DNA of 64,000 nucleotides from an uncultured Acidobacteriaceae bacterium. Lineage in GTDB: Bacteria > Acidobacteriota > Terriglobia > Terriglobales > Acidobacteriaceae. Shown here one piece after another: positions 9,527 through 16,425 of this stretch. The number at the start of each line of letters is the position of its first letter. The stretch's first letter is position 1. Where the stretch lies: NCBI GenBank assembly GCA_963763145.1, contig CAVXMZ010000010.1:22141-86140 (forward strand), written 5' to 3'. The notes beneath the pieces are model-generated. The model made no database searches and was not told where the DNA came from. It saw nothing but the letters and a program-made list of their open reading frames with translations. Both the position numbers and the translations under genes were made by a program.

Positions 9527-9715
9527 GCCGCGTTTTTTGCCTTGGTTACTTGGCGGGAAATCGGTTTCGGATGAACCGCAGCGCACGATTGGCGCACGTT
9601 AGGAAGCCTTCCACAGTCGGTTCAGCCGGGCCGAAAACTGTGCATGCCTGTTTTGGAAAGCTCTCACACTGGCTGTGAAAGCTCTCACTAACGACGATTG
9701 CAAACAGCCCCTCGC

Positions 9716-12247
9716 CTACCCGATCATTTTGCGTTGATCGCCGATGCGGCGCTCGCGTTCGTTGGCGAACCGCTCCACCCCAGCGAAAATCGAATCGGGA
9801 TCGAGATGCGCTTCTGCGATCACTTCCAATTCGAGTCCGCCGCTTCTCCAGTGATTGTCGAAGTCGGAGGTGAGGGAATACTCGTCCGTCAACGGACCTA
9901 GGTTGCGCAGCGGCCACATGCGTCGCGTGCCCGTCGATACCACCATCAAATCGTAGCGGGCTTCGGGCGGCAGCACGGAATCGCGATAGGCTTGCGGCTG
10001 GCGATCGAACAAATCCTCGCTGATCGCCGCGATCACCTTCACGTTCACTCCCGCAGCCTCGAGTTTCGGCAGAACTTTCACCAGGTTCACCGTGGAACTC
10101 GATCCTTGTGCGATCACGTAACCGTGGCGCGGCTTGTCCGGCGCGAAATCGCGGATCACGTACAGGCCTTTTGCCGCAGCCCGCAGATCGGTGTCGGCGA
10201 AACGACTGCGGTCCGCGACCGCGAAGTCGGGTCGCGCCACTTCCAGCGTAATGATGCCCACGCGCGGATCGCGCGCCGCGATCTCAGCCGCCGCGAAATA
10301 GCCGGGCGCAACGTCGTTGTAATCCCAAAAGCTCAAATTAATCACCTGACCGCGCGGGAACAGCTTCCATACCTGCGGCGCGAAGATGCCGAAGTGGGTG
10401 CGCGCGTCAGCTGCGGTTTCAGGGCCGGAGTGCGCGGTAAGAATGTGCAGCACGCCGACACGGAATTTGCTGTCCTGGTTTTGCTGACTCCAGACCCGCG
10501 CCGGAGTGTACATCAGTGGCGTGAACGCTCCGTAGGTGCCGCTCAAAGCCCAAACGCCGGCGAATTTTTGGGGATCCACGGAAGCACTTTGGCTCACCAG
10601 TCCGATGGCGGTAGAAACATTGCCCGCTTCCTGAATGGGAGCTTTCAAGCGCGTGCCCAGCGGGTTCTCCGTGGGACTGTAGTGCCCCCACAAACTGCCG
10701 TGCTCCACGTTAATGGACTCCGAAAGGTCGGCGGCCACAGTGAAGAACCGTCCGTCGGTGACGTAATTCATCCACTTGATGATTTCGGAAATCGCGCGCC
10801 GCGCTCCGGCGACCTCGCCCGGCTTCTTGAACAGCGCAATGCTGACTTGCTTCTCCGCACCGGAGAGCGCATTGCGAATCGAGATCTTCTGCGGTTCTTC
10901 CGGTAGCGCCGCGACGCGCAGGCGATCGTCGAGGAACGGATCGCTCGTGGCTGAGATGCGCAACTTCACGTCGTCGCGTACGGTGTCGCCGATTTCCACC
11001 AGGCGATCGGCGAGGCGATCGCCCAATCCGTTGCGGTCGAGCAGCGACATCACCACGTCGATGTTCGTCTTGAACTGGATCAAGCGCTCGCGATTGTCGG
11101 TAACCGGACCCTTGCGAATGCCTTCGAACTCCACGCCGTAATGCTTCTCGAACGTCTGTGCCAGCGCGACAAAATACTCCGAGTTCATCTTCAGCGCGTA
11201 GGGATGGCTGGGATAACTCACCAATTGATCGCCATTGTAACCGGGAATTTTTCCGTCGACAGCGGTGGGCCAGTAGCCCTTGATGGTCTTGCCGATCGCG
11301 ACGATGGGACGGCGGTCCTGCGGATCCACTTCGTCCATGGCTTTCAACGCCGCAGTCACCTCACCGTAATGGTTGCCGTTGGACATGGTGAAGACGTTCC
11401 ATCCATACGACGTCCATTGATTCACCAGATCGTAGACCTCGCAGAAGTGCGAGGCGATTACGCCGCCTATCTTGCCGCCGATCAGGCAGTCGTCGATGCC
11501 CGCGTTGTTGTCGGAAACCATCACCCGCAAACGTTTGCCTACTTGCAGCGCAAGCGCCTGCGTCTTCAACTCCTGCGCGTGACCTTCGGTGAGCGCGAAT
11601 TCGCCTTCCAGCGCGATCACTTTCGGCGAGGCTGGCGCGCCCACGATATCCCAGAACGCCGCTTTGCCTGCGGCCGTCGCGATGCCGATGCCCGATGGCC
11701 CGCCGTTCACGTCGTTGGTTAGGTCGGTGCTTTCGGCATGTCCCATGAGCGCCCGAATGCCACGGCCCTTAGCTTGCGCGAATAGCGGATTGTCTTCCAG
11801 CCCCGTTTCGCGCAGCAGCGTCTTCAACGCGCCCGCGCCGCGCCGGAATCCCAGCGCGTCGATCGGCAGCATGGCGACATGCGGGTCGACGTGATAACGC
11901 GGATCGCCGGTCTGCTGATACTTGCGATACAGGGCCTGGCCCATGATCATCCACAGCGCATAGCACGTCGGGACCGAGTGGCCCGCCGCCATCATGAACT
12001 TGTCGGAGTATGGATGTTTCGGCCGGCGGTAATCGTAACGGAGTCCGCCGTTTTCAGGGCCGGCCAAGTGGGCCGCAACATTGTACGGTGTGTAGGCGAG
12101 CGGTCCGCCCAGATGCCCGGTCTGCGCGTAATTTCCCAGCAGTACCAGGGTCATGCAGGTCATGTATCCCACGTCGTCGAGCAGCGGATCGTAGGCCAAA
12201 GGTTGTTGCCGGGAGGGAGAAGGAACTACGTGAATGAGCGAAGTCAT
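9716..12247 (-). CDS. Transketolase-family thiamine-diphosphate enzyme (long, 843 aa, divergent)
   Basis: TGHLGGPLAYTP resembles the transketolase GH(P/L)GG motif. ALEGEFALTEGHAQE...VSDNNAGIDD aligns by eye to the ThDP/Mg motif GDGxxxEG...DDNxxxID. The C-terminal half looks like the Pyr and C-terminal domains. The specific function is unknown. Confidence 0.55.
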   Translation of the reverse strand: MTSLIHVVPSPSRQQPLAYDPLLDDVGYMTCMTLVLLGNYAQTGHLGGPLAYTPYNVAAHLAGPENGGLRYDYRRPKHPYSDKFMMAAGHSVPTCYALWMIMGQALYRKYQQTGDPRYHVDPHVAMLPIDALGFRRGAGALKTLLRETGLEDNPLFAQAKGRGIRALMGHAESTDLTNDVNGGPSGIGIATAAGKAAFWDIVGAPASPKVIALEGEFALTEGHAQELKTQALALQVGKRLRVMVSDNNAGIDDCLIGGKIGGVIASHFCEVYDLVNQWTSYGWNVFTMSNGNHYGEVTAALKAMDEVDPQDRRPIVAIGKTIKGYWPTAVDGKIPGYNGDQLVSYPSHPYALKMNSEYFVALAQTFEKHYGVEFEGIRKGPVTDNRERLIQFKTNIDVVMSLLDRNGLGDRLADRLVEIGDTVRDDVKLRISATSDPFLDDRLRVAALPEEPQKISIRNALSGAEKQVSIALFKKPGEVAGARRAISEIIKWMNYVTDGRFFTVAADLSESINVEHGSLWGHYSPTENPLGTRLKAPIQEAGNVSTAIGLVSQSASVDPQKFAGVWALSGTYGAFTPLMYTPARVWSQQNQDSKFRVGVLHILTAHSGPETAADARTHFGIFAPQVWKLFPRGQVINLSFWDYNDVAPGYFAAAEIAARDPRVGIITLEVARPDFAVADRSRFADTDLRAAAKGLYVIRDFAPDKPRHGYVIAQGSSSTVNLVKVLPKLEAAGVNVKVIAAISEDLFDRQPQAYRDSVLPPEARYDLMVVSTGTRRMWPLRNLGPLTDEYSLTSDFDNHWRSGGLELEVIAEAHLDPDSIFAGVERFANERERRIGDQRKMIG

Positions 12248-12447
12248 AGACGGTCTTAAAGATCATAGCACCCGTGAAGCCAAGGATTTCAAGGCAGCAC
12301 CGATTGTTGAGGAAGCTTAAGGCGCGGGGCACTCCCTTATCAAGGAAGCAACGGAAACAGATCGAGGAATGGAAACAAACGATCGTGCCGCAGACGTTCG
12401 CGGGCGGTGACAACTGTGAACAGCAATGAAATTAAGGCTTCTCGCGC

Positions 12448-13368
12448 CTAAGTTCCAATCACAACACCGCCGTCCACTGAGATCACCGTTCCATGGATGA
12501 AGCTGGCCTGGTCCGAAGCGAGCCAGAAATAAGCGTTGGCCACGTCTTCCGGAGTCCCTGCCCGTCCCATGGGAGTTCGCGCCACCATGGCTTCCAACAC
12601 CTTGGGCGGCATGGCCCTCACCATGTCGGTCGCGATGAATCCCGGCGCCACGGCATTCACCCGGATCTTGTACTTGCCCAATTCCCGCGCCCAAGTGCGC
12701 GTCATGCCGATGACACCGGCCTTGGATGCCACGTAGTTGGTTTGCCCGAAGTTTCCCAGAAGTCCCACAACCGAGGCGGCGGACAAAATTACTCCGCCTC
12801 CGCCCTTGATCATATGGGGCACAATCGCGCGCGTCACCAGGAAGACGCCCTTCATGTTGACCCCGATTACCGAGTCCCAGGTGTCCTCACTCATGATCGA
12901 CTCGGGACAGCCGCCGTTCCACTTCACCAACTGTGCATCACGAACGATGCCGGCATTGTTGATTAGAACGTCGATGCGCCCCCACCTCTCGACCACTGCC
13001 TCGGCGGCGGCTTCCACAGCCTTTGCGTTGGTAACGTCAACCGCTTGAAATTGACATTCCCCTCCGGCCCACTGGACCGCCGACTCCACTTGAGAAGCAG
13101 TCTTGGCGGAAACGTCCCACGCTGCAATCTGCGCGCCGGCTTCGGCAAAGCGAAGCGCGGTAGCACGGCCTATTCCCGCGGCAGCTCCGGTGATGACCAC
13201 TACTTTCCGATGCTGTTCACGCTCTCTGGCCGGCAGGCGCGCATCATGGAACACAGGTACACCGTCGGGGGTCAGTGCAGTTTGTTGATGAAGGGTGGAA
13301 ATTGTTAGGTTTTCACGCGGAAGGGAAACGTCTTCACTAACGGATTCTTCTTTAACGCGAGGCATCAA
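12448..13368 (-). CDS. Short-chain dehydrogenase/reductase, FabG/PhaB-like 3-oxoacyl reductase, with an N-terminal extension of about 55 aa
   Basis: TGAAAGIGRA (Rossmann TGxxxGxG), NNAGI, and S...YxxSK (NYVASKAG). The start is uncertain, because the extension has no recognisable motif. Confidence 0.8.
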   Translation of the reverse strand: MMPRVKEESVSEDVSLPRENLTISTLHQQTALTPDGVPVFHDARLPAREREQHRKVVVITGAAAGIGRATALRFAEAGAQIAAWDVSAKTASQVESAVQWAGGECQFQAVDVTNAKAVEAAAEAVVERWGRIDVLINNAGIVRDAQLVKWNGGCPESIMSEDTWDSVIGVNMKGVFLVTRAIVPHMIKGGGGVILSAASVVGLLGNFGQTNYVASKAGVIGMTRTWARELGKYKIRVNAVAPGFIATDMVRAMPPKVLEAMVARTPMGRAGTPEDVANAYFWLASDQASFIHGTVISVDGGVVIGT

Positions 13369-13482
13369 TGCTCCTGTTGAGCGCGTACTGCTCGGGAGAG
13401 CGTCCTGGTCGGAGCAATATCAAGTTCGTGACCTCATCGGCTCTAGCGCCGCAGAACAGACTAGACCTTTCGCCGCAGTGCG

Positions 13483-14073
13483 TCAAGACTTGCGGCGAAG
13501 TTTCCCATTTTGGGAAAGCTTTTTCTTCTTCGCTTTCTTGGACGCACGCCTGGTGAGCAACGATTCCAATTCTTCGACTCTCTGCTTCAGTTCGTCCACC
13601 TCGCTGGCGGTCGTCGCAGGCGCTGGGGTTGCGGTCCGCTGCTCTGCCGGCGGCGCTTGCTCTCCGGCGCCTCGATTTCCATCTCCCGTCTGTCCCAGCC
13701 GCCCCTGTAGAAACTCAAACGGATTCACAGCCGGGGGCAGGGAGCGGTAGGCATTCTGATACATCTCCATCATGCCTTTCATGTAGCGCAAGGCATTTTC
13801 CTGGGTCGCGCGGCCTGAGGCCAGGATCATGTGGCGCAGGACATCGAGAGGAAAAATCGAGTCCGGAGTCTTGGCATCTTCCACCACGATCTGGGCCAGC
13901 ACCAGCCGGGTCACGTCCTCGCCGCTGGCGGCGTCTATCACGCGCAGCTCGTGGCCATCGCGCACCAGTTGCGCCACCTGCTCCTGGTTGATGTACTGGC
14001 TGGTTAAGGTGTTGTAAAGACGCCGGTTCTCGTATTTCTTGATGATCAGGGGCTCAGTAGCAGTTTTTTTCAT
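13483..14073 (-). CDS. phaR: Polyhydroxyalkanoate synthesis repressor PhaR
   Basis: The N-terminus LIIKKYENRRLYNTLTSQYINQEQVAQLVRDGHELRVIDAASGEDVTRLVLAQIV is the typical PhaR DNA-binding and PHB-accumulation-regulatory domain signature. The C-terminus has a Lys/Arg-rich tail. Confidence 0.9.
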   Translation of the reverse strand: MKKTATEPLIIKKYENRRLYNTLTSQYINQEQVAQLVRDGHELRVIDAASGEDVTRLVLAQIVVEDAKTPDSIFPLDVLRHMILASGRATQENALRYMKGMMEMYQNAYRSLPPAVNPFEFLQGRLGQTGDGNRGAGEQAPPAEQRTATPAPATTASEVDELKQRVEELESLLTRRASKKAKKKKLSQNGKLRRKS

Positions 14074-14080
14074 TTTGCTC

Positions 14081-14108
14081 TTGACACGCTGCCAGAAGGA
14101 GGTATGAT
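14081..14108 (+). promoter_or_regulatory. Candidate promoter of the phasin gene (TTGACA-16 nt-TATGAT)
   Basis: TTGACA at 14081-14086, a 16-nt spacer, and TATGAT at 14103-14108. It lies in the phaR/phasin divergent intergenic region, immediately upstream of the inverted repeat at 14115-14143. Confidence 0.45.
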
Positions 14109-14114
14109 TAGGTT

Positions 14115-14143
14115 ATGTTGCATTGCAGCATAATATGCAACAT
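14115..14143. promoter_or_regulatory. Inverted repeat ATGTTGCAT-N11-ATGCAACAT; candidate PhaR operator
   Basis: Perfect 9-bp arms (14115-14123 and 14135-14143) with a TGC/GCA-rich core (TTGCATTGCAGCA). The site lies between the candidate -10 and the phasin RBS, and upstream of phaR on the other strand. Confidence 0.45.
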
Positions 14144-14175
14144 CAGCGTATACGCCGTCTTCAAAGGAGCAGATC

Positions 14176-14781
14176 ATGCCAAATACCTCTAAGTCAAGCA
14201 AACACAGCACAACCGCAACCGCCGCCACCACCACCACTGAGATCGTGGACGTTTTTTCGCCTGTCATCATCAACAGCGTGGAGCAGGTTGCCAAGCTGCA
14301 AAAGCAGACCCTGGACCTGGCCGCCGAACAGAGCGCCGAGTGGCTCGGGGCCTGGAAGCAGGCCTTCAGCTTTTTCCCGGTGACCCCTCCGGCCTACATC
14401 TTCGACGCAGCCAGCCAGGCCGTGCAGACCGCCATTGAAAACCAGAAGAACGCCATCGACTTGATCGTGGAACAGACCAAGTCGGCGGCCGAGATCACCA
14501 CGGTGCGCGCCGAAGCTTACGGCAAGATCGCCAGCGGCGTCACCGCGACCATCCAGAAGTCGGTGCAGCGCACGGTGGAAGCCCAGAACAAGGTCCTGGA
14601 GTTCGCCAGTGAGCAGAACAAGACGGTTTTTGCCGCCGCCAAGAAGCAGTTGGGCGGAGCCACCGGGCCGGCAGCCGCGGTCGTCGACGCCTTCCAGCGC
14701 GGCACCGATGCGGTGATCGAAGCGCAGAAGTCGGTCCTGAACATCGCCTCGCAGCCGTTCCTGGCCAACAGCAAGAACTAA
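14176..14781 (+). CDS. Phasin-like PHA granule-associated protein
   Basis: 201-aa ORF that is Ala/Gln/Lys/Glu-rich and looks helical by composition (LQKQTLDLAAEQSAEW..., AIENQKNAIDLIVEQTK..., VEAQNKVLEFASEQNK...). AAGGAG sits 6 nt before the ATG. The gene lies between phaR and phaEC. Confidence 0.6.
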   Translation: MPNTSKSSKHSTTATAATTTTEIVDVFSPVIINSVEQVAKLQKQTLDLAAEQSAEWLGAWKQAFSFFPVTPPAYIFDAASQAVQTAIENQKNAIDLIVEQTKSAAEITTVRAEAYGKIASGVTATIQKSVQRTVEAQNKVLEFASEQNKTVFAAAKKQLGGATGPAAAVVDAFQRGTDAVIEAQKSVLNIASQPFLANSKN

Positions 14782-14820
14782 CGTCTGTCGAATTCGCGGC
14801 AACGCAGTCGCAAGGAAATG

Positions 14821-14856
14821 CCGCCCGCGCGAAAACCCGGGCGGAATTTCTTTGTG
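14821..14856 (+). terminator. Candidate intrinsic terminator after the phasin gene
   Basis: Stem CCGCCCG (14821-14827) / CGGGCGG (14838-14844) with a 10-nt loop, followed by AATTTCTTTGTG. Confidence 0.45.
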
Positions 14857-14894
14857 ACCCTTACTGGTGTATCGTCAGTCTGAAGGAGTTCCGC

Positions 14895-15341
14895 ATGGGT
14901 GAAGATCCAACTCAGGATGGCAAGCGTTTCGACCCGCTGGACGCTTGGCGAGGCGTGCGCGACGTCTATATGGATGCCTGGTCCAAGAACATGGTCGAAA
15001 TGGTAAACACCGAAGCCTATGCGCAAGCGACAGGAGCGATGCTCGACACGTATCTGACAGCCTCAACTCCATTCCGCGAAGCGCTGGAAAAGGCGATGGT
15101 GAAGACGCTTGAGCAATTGGCGATGCCCTCACGGGCCGATGTTGTTTCGATTGCCGAGCGCATGACCAACATCGAGATGCGCCTGGACGACCTCGATGCT
15201 AAGCTGGACAGTATTCACCGTTTGATCACGCAAGCTGTTGGGCCGCCTCCGCCGCCGCGAAAAGCCCAGCAAGCAGCTAAGGCGCAGCAACCAGCCAAGA
15301 AAACCGTCACAGCGAAGAAAGCTAAGAGAGGAAGAAAGTAG
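14895..15341 (+). CDS. phaE: Small PhaE-type subunit of class III/IV PHA synthase with a histone-H1-like basic tail
   Basis: 148 aa. The LAMPSRADVVSIAERMTNIEMRLDDLDAKLD block resembles the conserved PhaE C-terminal box. Its stop lies 1 nt before the phaC ATG, and AAGGAG precedes the start. The tail is PPPPPRKAQQAAKAQQPAKKTVTAKKAKRGRK. Confidence 0.65.
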   Translation: MGEDPTQDGKRFDPLDAWRGVRDVYMDAWSKNMVEMVNTEAYAQATGAMLDTYLTASTPFREALEKAMVKTLEQLAMPSRADVVSIAERMTNIEMRLDDLDAKLDSIHRLITQAVGPPPPPRKAQQAAKAQQPAKKTVTAKKAKRGRK

Positions 15342-15342
15342 G

Positions 15343-16413
15343 ATGGCAGAAGCCACGGTTATCACCGACCCGTATACCGAGACCGCAGAGCGGCTGAAAA
15401 CTCTCACCAAGGTGATGACTACCAAGGCTGCCATCGCCCAGACGCCGAAAGAATTGGTCTGGACGCTCAACAAGGCCAAGCTCTACCGTTACACCCCGGT
15501 TCTGCCCAAAGAAAAGCGCCATCCGATTCCCCTGGTGCTGGTCTTTGCCCTGATGAACCGGCCTTATATTCTCGACCTGCGTCCCGGTCACAGTTTCGTC
15601 GAGTACATGGTCAATAAGGGATACGATCTCTACCTGCTCGACTGGGGAGCGCCGGGCCTGGAAGACAAGAACCTCAAGTTTGACGACTACACTTTGGATT
15701 ACATGCCCCGCGCCATCCGTAAATTGAAAGCGACCTTCGGCGTGAACCAGTTCAGTCTCCTCGGTTGGTGCATCGGAGCCATACTTACCACAATCTATGC
15801 CGCCCTGCGGGGTGACGAAGACGGTCTGCGTAACTTGATCCTGCTGACTGCGCCTCTGGACTTTTCTAACAGGCAGGGACTGACGTTCGCCCGCTGGACC
15901 GACGAGCGTTACTTCGATATCGACAAGGTGCTGGCCGCCTTCGGCAATATGCCGGGCGAAATGATCGACTACGGGGCAAAGGCGCTCAAGCCCGTGGAGA
16001 ACTACATTGGGAATTACGTGAAGCTATGGGACAACATCGACGATCCGCGCATCGTCGAGTCCTGGCATGCGATGAACACCTGGGTCACCGACAACGTGCC
16101 TTTGGCGGGAGGCGCGTTCCGCCAATTGATAGTCGATCTCTATCGCAACGACAAGCTGATGCGCGGCGAACTCATGATTCGCGGCGAGCGAGTCGACCTC
16201 AGCCGGATCCATGCCAATCTATTGACGGTGATTGCTGAGGACGACCACATTACCCCGTCCTGCCAGTCTGAGCCCATCATGTCGAAGGTGAGCAGCGCAG
16301 ACAAGGAACTGTTTCGGGTCAGGGGTGGTCACATCGGAATCATGGCGGGCAGCGGAGCCAGCAAGTTCACCTGGCCGCACATTGATGGCTGGCTCGCCAC
16401 ACGCTCCAAGTAA
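15343..16413 (+). CDS. phaC: Class III-type poly(3-hydroxyalkanoate) synthase catalytic subunit PhaC (about 356 aa)
   Basis: The size, the alpha/beta-hydrolase pattern and the lipase-like box G-W-C-I-G (GxCxG with the catalytic Cys) all fit. ATG at 15343 (MAEATVITDPYTE...) directly follows the phaE stop. The longer track ORF starting at 15238 overlaps phaE and is rejected. Confidence 0.85.
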   Translation: MAEATVITDPYTETAERLKTLTKVMTTKAAIAQTPKELVWTLNKAKLYRYTPVLPKEKRHPIPLVLVFALMNRPYILDLRPGHSFVEYMVNKGYDLYLLDWGAPGLEDKNLKFDDYTLDYMPRAIRKLKATFGVNQFSLLGWCIGAILTTIYAALRGDEDGLRNLILLTAPLDFSNRQGLTFARWTDERYFDIDKVLAAFGNMPGEMIDYGAKALKPVENYIGNYVKLWDNIDDPRIVESWHAMNTWVTDNVPLAGGAFRQLIVDLYRNDKLMRGELMIRGERVDLSRIHANLLTVIAEDDHITPSCQSEPIMSKVSSADKELFRVRGGHIGIMAGSGASKFTWPHIDGWLATRSK

Positions 16414-16425
16414 GCTCGTCACTCC

